DNA from: Eledone cirrhosa
Taxonomy: Eukaryota
Assembly (NCBI GenBank): GCA_964016885.1
Contig: OZ024745.1
Location: 26,474,001-26,538,000 of the forward strand
Length of the DNA: 64,000 nt
Direction: 5' to 3'
The notes under the pieces were generated by a model, which was given only the letters and a program-made list of their open reading frames with translations, ran no database searches and had not been told where the DNA came from. The translations under genes were made by a program, and so were the position numbers. Positions within the stretch are counted from its first letter, which is position 1, and each line of letters begins with the position of its first letter. Positions 1-14,585 of the stretch are shown here, piece after piece.

Positions 1-129
1 AGATTATTTTCTTTAGCTCAAAAATATTATTTGTCGTGGAGGTCTGCCGTTGATTGTTACAGCCACATGTACTGTTGGGCATGGAACGATTAAATGTAAA
101 TTTAATGTTTTGCTTGACGACTGAAGTTG

Positions 130-278
<149 letters not shown>

Positions 279-286
279 ATAACAAC

Positions 287-337
<51 letters not shown>

Positions 338-1418
338 TAGGAAGCTATTGACTATCTACAACATGTTCCACAAGAGGAGTGATGTCGATAGACTCTACTT
401 AAGGAGATCTGAAGGTGGAAGAGGTCTTATCAGCATAGAGGACTGTGTTCAGATGGAGAAAAACAACCTACACAAATACGTGACTGATAGTAAGGAGCCA
501 ATGCTCAGAACTGTACTGAAGGAGGAGACAATAGGCCAGGGGATGTCCAAGGAGGAAATAACATCAAGGAGAAAGAGCAGCCTTCAGGAAAAATCCCTTC
601 ATAGTACCTTCTTTGAGAAAACTGAATTTAGAGATCCACAGACATGGAACTGGTTGAAAAGAGGAGACCTTAAAAAGGCTACAGAAGGAATGTTAATGGC
701 TGCGCAGGAGCAGGTCCTCAAAACGAAGTGGTTGAAACACCATATTTACAAGGAGGAAGCTAGCCCACTGTGCAGGATCTGTGGAGAGAGAGAGAAGACT
801 GTGGCTCACATTGTGTCCGAGTGTAAACACCTAGCCCAGACCCACTATAAGGGCTGGAGACACGATGTGATGGGCAGGGTGATCCACTGGCACCTGTGCA
901 AAGTAAACAATTTACCACATTCTGAGAAATGGTATGAGCATAGGCCGGAGGCGGTGATGGAGAACAATCAGGTGAAGGTGCTGTGGGATTTTAGGATACA
1001 GACGGACAAAAAACTGGAACACAATAGACCTGACCTGGTGGTTGTGGACAAAGAAAAAAGATCGTGTCTGATTGTGGATGTGGCCTGCCCGTTCGACACG
1101 AGAGTGCAAGAGAAGGAGAGGGAGAAAATTAACCGATACCAGGACCTAAAGTGGGAGGTAAAAAGGATTTGGAACTGCCATGAAGTCAAAGTGATCCCGA
1201 TTGTCATAGGCGCACTGGGGACTATCTCCAAAAGTTTCCAGGGATGGTTAAAGAAAATCGGCCCCTTCACGCTTTTTGGAACGCTTCAAGAGGCATGCTT
1301 GCTTGGAACAGCAAGAACCCTCCGATACGTCCTGAATATCTGAGGCTGCAGGTAGTGGCTTGATATTCATTCCAACGGACTTTCCAGTTAACCAACATCA
1401 ATGACTGAGATTCAAGGA
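338..1418 (+). mobile_element. 5'-truncated R4/Dong-clade non-LTR retrotransposon (family A copy 1); RT thumb, CCHC knuckle and RLE in an open frame to 1343
   Basis: DVDRLYLRRSEGGRGL, CRICGEREKTVAHIVSEC (CCHC), RHD, LWDFRIQTDKKLEHNRPDLVV..IVDVACP..KINRY, PIVIGALG; inserted in (TAA)n, the known Dong target. Confidence 0.92.
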
Positions 1419-1441
1419 ATAACAATAATAATAATAATAAT

Positions 1442-2518
1442 TAGGAAGCTATTGACTATCTACAACATGTTCCACAAGAGGAGTGATGTCGATAGACTCT
1501 ACTTAAGGAGATCTGAAGGTGGAAGAGGTCTTATCAGCATAGAGGACTGTGTTCAGATGGAGAAAAACAACCTACACAAATACGTGACTGATAGTAATGA
1601 GCCAATGCTCAGAACTGTACTGAAGGAGGAGACAATAGGTCAGGGGATGTCCAAGGAGGAAATAACATCAAGGAGAAAGAGCAGCCTTCAGGAAAAATCC
1701 CATCATAGTACCTTCTTTGAGAAAACTGAATTTAGAGATCCACAGACATGGAACTGGTTGAAAAGAGGAGACCTTAAAAAGGCTACAGAAGGAATGTTAA
1801 TGGCTGCGCAGGAGCAGGTCCTCAAAACGAAGTGGTTGAAACACCATATTTACAAGGAGGAGGCTAGCCCACTGTGCAGGATCTGTGGAGAGAGAGAGAA
1901 GACTGTGGCTCACATTGTATCCGAGTGTAAACACCTAGCCCAGACTCACTATAAGGGCTGGAGACATGATGTGATGGGCAGGGTGATCCACTGGCACCAA
2001 TGCAAAGTAAACAATTTACCACATTATGAGAAGTGGTATGAGCATAAGCCAGAATCGGTGATAGAAAACGATCAGCTGAAGGTGCTGTGAGATTTTAGGA
2101 TACAGACGGACAAGAAACTGGAACACAATAGACCTGACCTGGTGGTTGTGGACAAAGAAAAAAGATCGTGCCTGATTGTGGATGTGGCCTTACCCATTCG
2201 ACACGAGAGTGCAAGAGAAGGAGAGGGAGAAAATTAACCGATACCAGGACTTAAAGTGGAGGTAAAAAGGATTTGGAACTGCCATGAAGTCAAAGTGGTC
2301 CCGATTGTCATAGGCGCACTAGGGACTATCTCAAAATGTTTCCAGGGATGGTTAAAGAAAATTGGCCCCTTCACGCTTTTTAAAACGCTTCAAAAGGCAT
2401 GCTTGCTGGGAACAGCAAGAACCCTCCGATACGTCCTGAATATCTGAGGTTGCAGGTAGTGGCTTGATATTCATTTCAACAAACTTTCCAGTTAACTAAC
2501 ATCAATGACTGAGACTCA
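1442..2518 (+). mobile_element. 5'-truncated R4/Dong-like element (family A copy 2), disrupted
   Basis: Near-identical to copy 1 with the same 5' end; premature TGA at 2088-2090 and a frameshift near 2190. Confidence 0.92.
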
Positions 2519-2586
<68 letters not shown>

Positions 2587-2588
<2 letters not shown>

Positions 2589-3296
2589 CCGTGTATGCAA
2601 AAAACAACCAGAGACCATTGACCATATAATTTCAATGTGCAGTCCTATAGCTCCAACCGAATACCTAAACAGGCATGACAGAGCTGCACAATACATACAT
2701 TGGATAATGTGTAAGCATTTTGACCTGCCCCATCAAAAGAATTGGTGGGAGCATCAACCACCTCCGATACATGAAAAAGATCACATCTCAATCTTGTGGA
2801 ACTTTAGCATCCAAACAGACCGAAAAATAGATGCAAATAGACCTGATATAATATTGAAGGACTTTAAAAAGAGGGTATGCCTGCTAATTGATATGTCCGT
2901 TCCAATAGACAAGAATGTATCTATAAAAACATTTGAAAAATTGAGCAAGTATAAGGACCTGGAGATAGAAATTGCAAAAATGTGGAAATTGAGAACTAAA
3001 ACAATACCAGTGGTTGTAGGCGCTCTGGGAATGATAGCTAAGGGGTCTAATGATTACTTATCGCAAATCCCAGGAAACTCGCGTATAGGAGAAATACAAA
3101 AGATAGTACTAGTGGGAACTGCCCATATACTAAGGAAGATTCTGTCAATATAAGTACATCACAAGTCTAAACACTAAAGATGCATTTGTGAGTATGTATG
3201 TTATTTCTTGAACATGGCGGACCGTGTTGTCTCTTGAGGTCACTGGTTGTGACTTGGTGATAACTCGTATGAACATAAAGCAAGATAAATGCAACT

Positions 3297-3297
<1 letters not shown>
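2587..3297 (+). mobile_element. 5'-truncated R4/Dong-like element, different family (B)
   Basis: CRVCKKQPETIDHIISMC, RHDRAA, ILWNFSIQTDRKIDANRPDIILKD..LIDMSVP..KLSKYKDL, PVVVGALG; stop at 3153; different 3' UTR; (TAA)n on both sides. Confidence 0.9.
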
Positions 3298-3334
<37 letters not shown>

Positions 3335-3827
3335 CTGAGAAGTGGTATGAGCATAAGCCAGAGTCGGTGATAGAAAACGATCAGGTGAAGGTGCTGTGGG
3401 ATTTTAGGATACAGACAGACAAGAAACTGTAACACAATAGATCTAACCTGGTGGTTTTGGACAAAGAAAAAAGATCGTGCCTGATTGTGGATGTGGCCTG
3501 CCCATTCGACACGATAGTGCAAGAGAAGGAGAGGGAGAAAATTAACCGATACCAGGACTTAAAGTGGGAGGTAAAAAGGATTTGGAACTGCCATGAAGTC
3601 AAAGTGGTCCCGATTGTCATAGGCGCACTAGGGACTATCTCAAAAAGTTTCCAGGCATGGTTAAAGAAAATTGGCCCCGCCACGCTTTTTGGAACGCTTC
3701 AAAAGGCATGCTTGCTGGGAACAGCAAGAACCCTCCGATACGTCCTGAATATCTGAGGCTGCAGGTAGTGGCTTGGTATTCATTTCAACAAACTTTCCAG
3801 TTAACTAACATCAATGACTGAGACTCA
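3335..3827 (+). mobile_element. 5'-truncated R4/Dong-like element (family A copy 3), RLE part only
   Basis: Matches the 3' half of copies 1 and 2; in-frame stop near 3430; (TAA)n on both sides. Confidence 0.9.

Positions 3828-3922
<95 letters not shown>
3828..3922. repeat. (TAA)n microsatellite
   Basis: Perfect run. Confidence 0.95.
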
Positions 3923-3924
<2 letters not shown>

Positions 3925-4133
3925 GTTTCTGATTTAGGTACAAGGCCAACAATTTGAGGACAAGTCGATTAAATCTACCCCAGTACGTTACTGGTACTTT
4001 ATTTGATCGACCCCGTAAGAATGAAAGGCAAAGTTAACCTCCGCGGGATTTGATCTCAGAAAGTAAAGGAGCGTAACCCTATGCCGTGAAGCATGGTGTC
4101 CAACGCTCTACCCATTCTGTTAATCCACCGCCA
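3923..4133 (-). mobile_element. tRNA-derived SINE with Meta-like central domain (long subtype)
   Basis: Minus strand has a tRNA-like head, a tttgcctttcat(c/t)cttacggggtcgat..aaagtaccagt core and a (TTA)n tail; many copies in the window. Confidence 0.8.
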
Positions 4134-4413
4134 ATAATAATAATAATGATTTCATTTATTGACCACAGGCGCCGACATGCCGGGGACAATACAAAGATAC
4201 GGACAGTGGAGGTTTACAATAAGATCGATTAAAAATGCACAATAACAAAACCAATTTAAGAATGAAAAATTGTACAAAAGAATTATGTATAAAATTAACA
4301 AAATAAATTCCCTAATAGAGGGTGAACCACCCAGGAACGACTCAGGTACGCCACCTATACTGAACCATCCGACGCTTTGAGGGCATCCGGGAATAATAAT
4401 AATGATAATAAAT

Positions 4414-4594
4414 GTTTCTACTATTGGCACAAGGCCAGCAATTACCCAGTACATTACTGGTACTTTATTTTATCGACCCCGTAAGGATGAAAGGCAAAGT
4501 CAACCTCGGCGGGATTTGAACTCAGATCGTAAAGGGACGTAACTATGCTGGAAAGCATGGAGTCTGACCCTCTACCGATACTGCCAATCCACCA
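4414..4594 (-). mobile_element. Same SINE family (short subtype)
   Basis: B-box gttcaaatccc plus the Meta-like core; lacks the gtcgatttaatcgac segment. Confidence 0.82.
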
Positions 4595-4639
4595 ATAAAT
4601 AATGATAATTAATAACAATTTTAATAATAATACCCATGA

Positions 4640-6170
4640 TTTACAAATATACGCAGCGTACAGAAATTAATCCTGTTTGATACTGCATATATTACAAAAG
4701 GTACTCCCGATAAAATAGAAATAACAGCATCAAACGACAACACTGCATATACCCAAGGCATATACCCACAAAAGTATGCTCACCAATACTGTAATAACTC
4801 ACAATGATAATAATAATTTTGATGACGATGGTGCGCATCTCTATTCAGAAATAGTGAAAGTAAATCCTAAAGTCCTGCAAATTGTAGCAATAAATGATGG
4901 AGGATATCATCTCTGGCTGCCCAATACTCGCCTAGCCTGATTATATGGAGAAACATGATTGAGTTGGCAGCTTTATTTCCAATCGGCAATATACTCACAA
5001 TTCGATGTAAAACAATGGTATAAACCAGTGTCAATTAGGGTGCATGACAGTGACCAGAAGACCATCACCCGGACTCTGGCAATCCAAACTAACAATGGGA
5101 TTAAAGTAAACCATCTAGATATAGTAATCAAGGAATGGAACAAAATACACCTGTACAATGATATACGTCGATATCCTTTCTGACCAATATATTGCCTCAC
5201 AATTCTGTAAGCAATGATCTCGAAATCGATATAAACGTACAATATTGTCAATAATATTTGGAGAATTTGGTATGACAGAAAAATATGAACAAAACATACA
5301 AGCAGGTGTAGAGCTTATATCGCCATACACTGTCCCCCAAAATAGTTTTCCTGGGAACATTCCACATCCTACAAAGACATTAAAGATTCAGGTGCACTAC
5401 AGGTACCCTGTACAATAAACACCTAATTGAAACCACAACTCACACATCACATGCTCTTACATAGCCAATGCTTGACTCTACGATAACCATTTCTCACAGA
5501 TATTACTAGAAAACGTGATTGGAAATGAAAAGGCCAAAATATTATGGGACTTTATGGTTCAAGCAGATAGAACTATTCAGTGTAGAAAGTTTGACATCAT
5601 TGTGGTGGATAAGGATGAGAAAGTGTTGGATAATTGATGTGGCAATACCAGAGGGTAATTTCATCAGAGGAAAGAAAAAACCAAAAGAAAAACCAATCGA
5701 CAACTGTTCTTAGTCCAAATTGATAGGGTATGCGATAAAAACGAAAACGATACCAATATTGATACGGTCATTATAATCGGTCAAAACAAAGAAAATTAGC
5801 ATTTCACTAAGAAGTGGTATGAAATATGTCAAACGTTGAACAGCCAGGACACAATCATTTGTGGCATACCCATCTACACTGACAAAGACATTAGACAATA
5901 ATAAAGGACTGAAAATAGCACACGCATACTGATAGAATTCGTAATCCTTTCTAATCAATATACTTCCAGTAAGGAAGTTGATAATACAAGGAAAAAAAAA
6001 ATAAAATGAGGGACACCAAAATAAAAGAGTGACAATAATAATTCCAACCCTGGATTTGATGAGAAATATGACCAAAACCATGGAAGCTATACTAGTGTTC
6101 GCAACACTACACCCTACCCCAAAATAGCAATTCTAAGGACAGCCTACATCCTGTGCGAAGCATTATCGAT
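4640..6170 (+). pseudogene. Several heavily decayed Dong/R4-like RLE 3' fragments in tandem
   Basis: Residual motifs KQWYKP..LAIQTNNGIKVNHLDIVIKE (~5010-5140), KILWDFMVQADRTI..DIIVVDK (~5535-5615), KIAILRTAYILCEALSI (~6120-6170); many stops and frameshifts. Confidence 0.6.
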
Positions 6171-6537
6171 TCAAATCCCAGCTCAAATAGGAAACTGTTC
6201 GCACAATCTATACAATAAGCACAGATGACATGAAATAGAACTTACATGAAATATACTCTTAAAGATTAATACTCAATACAATAACACAACTCCCATTACA
6301 CACACACAATTCACAGCAAAATAAACACTAAATTAAGAAATGAAACTACATGCTAACCCCTATTGATACAGTAACTAACAGCAGGAGTCTATACTCCTCC
6401 AATCCCCTACACAAACAAGAACACAGTGCTGCGTACACCTCAGAAACACGGAGCTGCACTAGGTAATACAGTAGAAACTCGCATGAAAACCAACAAAGAA
6501 ATAATAATAATAATAATAATAGTAATAATAATAATTA

Positions 6538-6750
6538 AGGCGCGGGATTGGTAGTATTGGTAGAGCGTCGGACACCATGCCCCGTGGCATAGTTGCCGCC
6601 CTTTACGTTCTGAGTTTATTCCCGCCTAGGTTAGCAGTGCTTTTCATCCTTCCGGCGTCAATAAAATAAAGCACCAGTAATGCATTGGGGTCGATTTAAT
6701 CGACTTTCACCTCCCTCCAAATTGCTGGCCTTGTGCCTAAATTTGACATC
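6538..6750 (+). mobile_element. Meta-like SINE (long subtype)
   Basis: ggcgcgggattggtagtattggtagagcg head; ttttcatccttccggcgtcaataaaataaagcaccagt core. Confidence 0.75.
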
Positions 6751-6761
6751 ATTATTATTGA

Positions 6762-6812
<51 letters not shown>

Positions 6813-7228
6813 ATGGTGAAGTGATGATTGTGATGATGGTGATGATGAAAAGGATATCGATTCATTTAATACGCTATCAGAAAGGGTGAATTGTTATTTT
6901 ATGATGCCACTTTATGTAATTAATCAATAATCGAATTCAATTCAATTACTAGTAGTAAAGTACTCAATGGTGTAAGCTTCCGTGATTGAATCCAACCACA
7001 CTATTCAGTGCTCTACTGTTATACCGAGATAATCCCAGAAAAAAAATTTCGGAGTTTCTGTGTTGAATGTGATCCTTGTTCAGGAATATATTTTAATGTT
7101 TAAATTATATCCTTCTTTCAAATCCCATTGAAATGATGAAAACATGAAAAACTGTTATTGGTAATCAAGTTCAAGTGACAATGAAAATAACTAAATAAAA
7201 TACAACCTAATATAATGAACAGAATAAA

Positions 7229-7700
7229 ACACGTACACATACACTCACAGACTCACACACATACTCACACACACACTCACATACTCACACACATACTCAC
7301 ATACTCACATACTCACATACTCACATACTCACATACACAAACACTCACATACACAGACACACACCACACATACATATACACTCACAGGCAGACTCACACA
7401 CATACTCACATACACAAACACTCACATAGCAGACACACACACACATACATATACACTCACAGACAGATTCACACATACAAACACACACATGCATGCACAC
7501 ACAAACACACTCACACACAGACGCACACTCTCACACAGAGACACACTCACACACACAGGCACTCACTCACATACACACACAAACAAACACAAAAACCTTC
7601 ACACATACAAACACACACACACTTTCACACAAATACACATACACTAATCCACCCATACACAGAGACATACATACACACGAAACATATGCAATACATATAC
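7229..7700. repeat. Degenerate (CA)n/(CATACTCA)n low-complexity tract
   Basis: Direct inspection; source of the His/Thr-rich ORFs. Confidence 0.85.
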
Positions 7701-7844
7701 ACAGCCTATACAAAAAAATACACAACTTACTGCTATACAAATCAAGGCTAACTTTTTTGTTTGTTTGCTTTATTTTGTTGTTTTGTTTTTCCTTCAGTTT
7801 GTATCTGCTTTTAAATTGAGCGGATTTACGCTTTTGTAACATCA

Positions 7845-8105
7845 ACAAGAGTACTAACATCAACAACAGCAACAATAACAACAGATGAAAAACTAGTAGT
7901 AGTAATAACACTAACAGCAACAACAACAGCAAAAACAACAACAGATGTAAAAATTGTAGTAGTAATAACACTAACAGCAACAAGAGCAACAACATATATA
8001 AAAGTAGTATTCGGTAACAACAGGTGTAAAAGTAGTAGTAGTGATAATAATAATAACAACAACAACAATAATGATAATTATAATAATAGTAATAAAAATA
8101 ATAAT
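7845..8105. repeat. (AAC)/(TAA)-rich tract with a ~60-bp tandem duplication
   Basis: aacaacagatg..aaa..gtagtagtaataacactaacagcaac occurs twice about 60 bp apart. Confidence 0.7.
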
Positions 8106-9832
8106 GAGTAGAGATGATGACGGACGAAAATGATGATGATTGAAGTTTAACTTGGAATCTTTTTAATGATGTGCTTTTTTTTTTTTACTATATCATGCAA
8201 CAAATGTTTTGAAGCTGTGTATTGCCGACTGAAGCAACCTAACATATTGCTGTTTCTTATTTAATCAACGACGGACGACGGACTGCGAAATTGACCCCAC
8301 TTGGGTTTGAGCTAAGGCTAGAGATGTATTGAAATAGATATATTGAAACTAGCAGTTTCATGTTTAACTGTCTAATCCGTGACCCCGCCTTTCTAATTAC
8401 AATAGATAACCATCAATTCAAATGTTTTTAAACTGACAAAATTAGTATATATTCCCGATCAAAGGTTTTTACTAAAGTGGGAGGACAATGTGAAGGGGTA
8501 GGAGAAAAATTAAATATCTTACCATGGATTGATCTGTTTCACAAATTATGAGGTTTAGGAACTATCTTATATAGATATATTCACGAATGAAGGTGCAAAT
8601 GTTATAATATACATCTAGACAAGACACTTTACTAGTATCTGATACGGTCTGACAGAAGAACAATCGCATGATAATAAATAATAAATAAATAACTGTACTT
8701 TTTATTCATTCAGCAAATATGTCCTGTATGTATGCTTTATTTTTGAATTTTTTCCATTTTTACTTTTAGTCACCTGATAAATGGCAGAAGAAAAAGAGAA
8801 ATTATACATCGGTTTTTACAAGAACACAGAACGTTTGTATTGAATATAAATATTCTTTGACTACCTTATCTTTCTGAGACAGTACTAGTATGTGTAGCTG
8901 GACTCGTGTATTCCTTAGAGAACAGTAACACAAACAAAACTAACAAAATCATTCGTAAACCTGACTTTCTTGAAACCAAGGCAAAAATAAAAATAAAACC
9001 TGAAAATACTCAAAGTAAAAAGCTGTACTGTGAAAAAGTGAAAGATGTTATTGAATTCATATATATGAATTAATAAGAGATAGTGTGTTTCAGTAAAACC
9101 AAAAGTAAGCTTCAACAATCAATAGAACACTCTCTTTTCCTGTTCTTTCCTAATCAATTAAAGCTTTGGTCGAGAGTCCTCAGTAAAATTAGCATTCAGG
9201 TTAGGTCTGTTTATATTTTATGATGTTACTGTTTGCTTTATTGCCAATATTATCATAGCTCAGAATCAACGATCTTACCACCTGTGTCCCACCCAGTTAG
9301 AAGACCATCACACGCACTCTAAAAGCCACTGACTTGTATATCACCCAAAAATCCCCCGTCCCCCAACACAAGCCGCAAAAAAAAAAATTATTCGTCCGTA
9401 CCCCATACAACACATTGACTCTCTTATACACCCCAATAATCTATCTTTCTATGTTCCAGCTAGTTCATTCTGAGTACCAATATGTTAAATACCAATAAAT
9501 CTCCAGTGACCTATCCAACTACAACGTGATTATGAACTAGGGCACACTATGTTCGGGTGGATTTTGGAAAAGATTTTAACGATGATACATTATTGGAAAT
9601 GAAAGTGTCTAATTTCAATGTTAGTTCCATACAACGGCTATACAGCCTAGCAACATACAATGAAATAACTTTTGTTTTACCTCTTTCATCACACTCACTT
9701 TCTGTAAACCTAATTTCTCAGCACAAAGTTGTATATACTTTAATTGTCTTTCTCCGAAGAAGGATTTTCAACAAAATAACAGCATTCACGTCTCTCCACA
9801 CCACACGATATTATTCAAACTTTAGAACTATG

Positions 9833-9881
<49 letters not shown>

Positions 9882-10494
9882 CCTTAATAAAATGTATTTA
9901 TTTCATTTTAAACTGATATAAATTAAATAAACTATAAAATGTTGGTAATATTTTCAAGGCTAATTGTTCCTGTTGATATTTATCAACATATTGGTGACTA
10001 AAGCGATAAACGAAAGCCTAGATAGCATGCATTATCTGTGTTAAATACAATTGGGAATTGAAAAGGGGATCACATATTCTATTTACCAATAGGTTACCTC
10101 AAACAATAATCTATGCAGTCTGTAAAGTATAAATCAGCGCTGACTTCGGTATTATAAACTAGTTAAACGGAATGTTATACATATATATATATATATTACA
10201 TTTCAAAATTAATGTCGTGTCCATTGATATCAATTCAACATGTATGCTGATACAAAAACATTCCTTAGACGAATATTCTCACAGGGTGTAATAAATACCA
10301 ATGTGAGGCAATAAATATATTTTTATATGGAGAGGACTTTAATATTGTTCTTCACAATCAATTACATTATACTTATTACACCATTGAACAAGATTTCAGC
10401 TTTATAGATGAAGTAGTGCGAGATTATCGGATTCCCACGCCATCTTGTATGCAGTATACATATAAACGCTGAATATGTATTCACTGATTTTTAC

Positions 10495-10790
10495 GGTGGG
10501 TCGGGTTTTGGCCTCATGATCGAAAAGGCGTGAGTTCAATTCTCGATGATGCATTGTGTCCTTGAGTAAAATACTTTTATCATGTTGATCCAGCCCACAC
10601 AGCTGACGAAAATGAGTTATACCTGTAATTAAAATGACTAGCTTTGTCACATCCTGTGTTAAAATGAATCTCCCTGAGAACTAAGTTATGGTTGAACGTG
10701 TCTGGAATGCTCAGCACCTTACGTATGATTGTTATGAGCTGACTGTTCCATTGTTTGATAAGCTGGAAAACTCGTCGTCGGAACATACAT
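10495..10790 (+). mobile_element. CORE-type tRNA-derived SINE
   Basis: gagttcaattctc B-box and tgtgtccttgagtaaaatactt CORE-like motif; body homologous to 18262-18590(-), ~39130-39260(-) and ~47040-47170(-). Confidence 0.65.
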
Positions 10791-11299
10791 AATTGTAGGT
10801 GTGTGTGTTTATATGTATTTTAGTATCCGTAAGACATGGACGTGTATAACACGTCTTATTAATTTACAATCTATTTTAGTCGTTGTGCTGTAAGTAATGC
10901 AATATAGTATAGATATGGAAATATATAAGGGGTTTAAATCCATGAGAAAAAATTAAAGAAAAAAGGTCGAGAGGGGTTTCATTAGTTAAACACATCCCAA
11001 CCCCAACAGAATATATGGTTGTGTGTAAATAAATATGCTGGGAGGTTGTTTTAATTTATGAAGCGGTACATATCCCTTTAAAGATCAGCAATTGTATGAG
11101 AATTTCACAGTTTTGTTTAGACAGCATATTTTTTGATAATCTAATATGGGCTCCATTTTTCTATCGCCGATCTCATCATCTGAAACTATGAAACCAAAGA
11201 ATGATTGTTGTTATTGTCGTCGACATTGTTGTTGTTTTTGTTGTTATTTTTGTTGCTACTCTTATTTGTACTTACATCTCTTTTTTTTTCTCTATTTTC

Positions 11300-11435
11300 A
11301 TTTTATTTTTATTTTTATTTTTATTTTTATTTTTATTTTTATTTTTATTTTTATTTTTATTTTTATTTTTATTTTTATTTTTATTTTTATTTTTATTTTT
11401 ATTTTTATTTTTATTTTTATTTTTATTTTTATTTT
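11300..11435. repeat. (ATTTTT)n hexanucleotide microsatellite
   Basis: Perfect run. Confidence 0.95.
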
Positions 11436-12423
11436 GTAAAATATGTCGTGTTTCTGTTAATGTGTTTTTCTTTGTAGTTTATGTTGCTGTGGTTGTTAAT
11501 ATTTTTGTTGGTGGTGATGATGCTGGTGGTGATCGTCTAATAGTTGTGGTTGAAGGTGTGTGTGTGTGGGGGGGGGGGCTGGTGGTGATGATAGTGCTGC
11601 TGCTGCAGTTGGTGTTGCAGGTCGTGGCTAGGAGATGCGGTGGCAATGTTTGCTGTGGTGAGGTGGTGGTATTTATGGCTGATTCGGTGGTGGTGTTGGT
11701 GGTGTTGGTGGTGTTGGTGGTGGTGATCGCCGTCTGGTGATAATGCGAGAGGTGGTGGCGATGATGATGATGATGGTGATTGTTTTAAGTAATGTGGTAT
11801 GTAGTGTGGTATAGGTTATAAATACTGCTGTGGTGTTCGTGCTCTTGATGCTGGCCAGATAAATAGTTGACGTAAATATGATACGGGTAATGAAGATGAG
11901 AATTTATTTAGTTGATATTCATAATGAGTGTAGCAAGGCTTAATAGAGAATGTAGACGAAGGGTGGCGCTAGGTGTCACAGCAAACGGAACCAAATTTTC
12001 AGATGATGTTGTCGCCAGTGCAGTGGCTTTTGTTTTTATTTGTTGTTATTCTCATGGCTTCTTTCATTACAATAGATATGGTACATATTTGCTATCGCAA
12101 CAATAAACATAATATTTCAATATAATGATAGACTTCGGTGTTGGAGGGAATATTGTCAACATAACTGTCATCACGGGGAGACAACATAGTTAAATATTAG
12201 TGTGTATGGCCCATGAGAAATGATACAATGATACAATGATACATTTATTTATGACAAATAAAACACATAAACGAAACTAAATCAGATCAATCAAGAGTTT
12301 ATTCTAATAGTTTTACTTACATTTAGTTAACATAATGGTATAACAAGAATATTCATGGTTTTCTCAGTGGTAAAGACACAGTCTATGATATTTTTTTATA
12401 ATACGCCTGCAAACATGATTCTT

Positions 12424-12455
<32 letters not shown>

Positions 12456-13058
12456 CCACGATTCCTTAATAATTGTGTAACTGTTTCGATTATTAAGAAA
12501 TATAAATAACTTGACAACGGCAGAATTATGTTAGAACATTTTTTAACATTTTAAGAATTAGTTGACATTTATGGCTGTATATTTCTTTTAAAATAATATA
12601 ATGAAATTGATAAAATACAATACAGTACTGAAGCGGTAAGCGGATCACAAGTGGTCTTATTTGCAAGTTTTAGTACTATATTCTTCTTCACCCACTTTTC
12701 CTGAGAAGGTTGAGGGGACAGTGACTATACCTGGAGTTAGTCTTTGATATCCGAACTACGCACGCTATCGCGTAGCGTTACACCAAAGGCCCTTCGGATG
12801 AACCTCTACATTACCTAAAATGTACAAATATAGGGAAAACGCTATGGTAGTGAAATTTTGTTGCCAATAACCGAAACCGTAGTAATTTTCACATCTGACT
12901 GAGGAGGTTTTTTCCATTCTCTTCACTCCCTGTTTTGTATATTTATATATATAATCAACCTTAGTGATATTCAGAGATTGATAGACCACTCATTTGTAAA
13001 AATTAGAAAGGTTTCAATCGGATACTGTTAATAAGTAGAGAATGCATAGTAAAATTGA

Positions 13059-13163
<105 letters not shown>

Positions 13164-14150
13164 AGCACACACACACACACACAACTACGCACACACACAT
13201 ACATATATATACACATATATATAAATATGTATCTATATATGTATATTGTTATACTTGGGGAGGGTCATATTTGTGTAATATTGCCAGAATTAATAACAGA
13301 ACACACTCACTGTTTGGTTGGTTTTCGCTTCTGTGTCTTTTATATCGGTAATCTAATTTATTCGGTCCTCAATGTTGCCATTGACTGACCAACGGTCAAA
13401 AATACAGATACGATATAGACACAAACACATATATATATATAGTCTATCAAAGTTCTTTCGTTGCACATCTGCAACACATCAGTGGTGCTATTGTTTCCTC
13501 CCGTTGCATTGTATTTTCTACGCCATCTTTATTTAGTCTGTTTATATATTTATTTATTTGTTTATTTTATTTTGTCTTCTTTGCGCATGCGTTTGCGTGT
13601 GTGTATAGTGTTTTGTTTAATGTGTGTTCGTGATTGGGTGGCTGCGTATTGGTTAATGTATTCTATCTTTACTAGTGTGTGTTTATATGTGTTTGTTGTT
13701 ATTGTGCTTGTGTATGTATTTATTTATTTATTTATCTATTTATTTATACATACGTACATACATGGATACATACATATACACACATGTTTATATATAATAC
13801 ATATATATATAATTAAATTACATATATATACAAATGTTGTCTCTGATCGAGACGAAGCGAGAGTGTATTTGAATATATAGAAAAATGAGAAAACTTATCA
13901 CTAGAACAGCTTTTAAATCAATTAAATACAGTCAAAGACAGCGATGGTCAAAATTGCCTCAGAGGACAAAGACCAGCGGCCAGAGGTCAACAGAGAGACA
14001 ATCCACAATACATATATATGTATATATAAGTATTAAGTTGTTAAACAATATTCAATGATTATGTCAAAGAATGAGTTTTACAGTAGATTGGAAGCATTCA
14101 ACTGTTAATAATTTTCAGGAGTTATTAATATAAGTATTATTTTATTAATA

Positions 14151-14215
<65 letters not shown>

Positions 14216-14320
14216 TTTTGAAAAGCAGAAGAACTGCGAAACCGGTAAAGGAACCAAATAAATATATATATTTTCTAAAAAAATAAGACTCCAGTTGCAT
14301 TTTCGATTTCATCTCTTTTT

Positions 14321-14371
<51 letters not shown>

Positions 14372-14395
14372 TATATGTATGTATATATATATATA

Positions 14396-14501
14396 TTGTT
14401 CTCGGTATGGTGAACTAACTGTCGTGCTACTACTTCTACCAAACTCGTCCCAGGGACTGAGTGCTCTACCACTACGGATATTACCTTCCAGTATTCTACC
14501 A

Positions 14502-14503
<2 letters not shown>
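14396..14503 (+). mobile_element. Solo fragment of the Penelope-like pseudo-LTR seen at 44.9 kb
   Basis: ttgttctcggtatggtgaactaactgt..ctaccaaactcgtcc..gactgagtgctctac matches 44901-45000; embedded in (TA)n. Confidence 0.75.
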
Positions 14504-14533
<30 letters not shown>

Positions 14534-14551
14534 TCTCTCTCTATATATATA

Positions 14552-14585
<34 letters not shown>

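Noticed and set aside
7215-7995. His/Thr-rich and Leu-rich ORFs
   Set aside because: Derived from CA-rich and AAC-rich low-complexity DNA.
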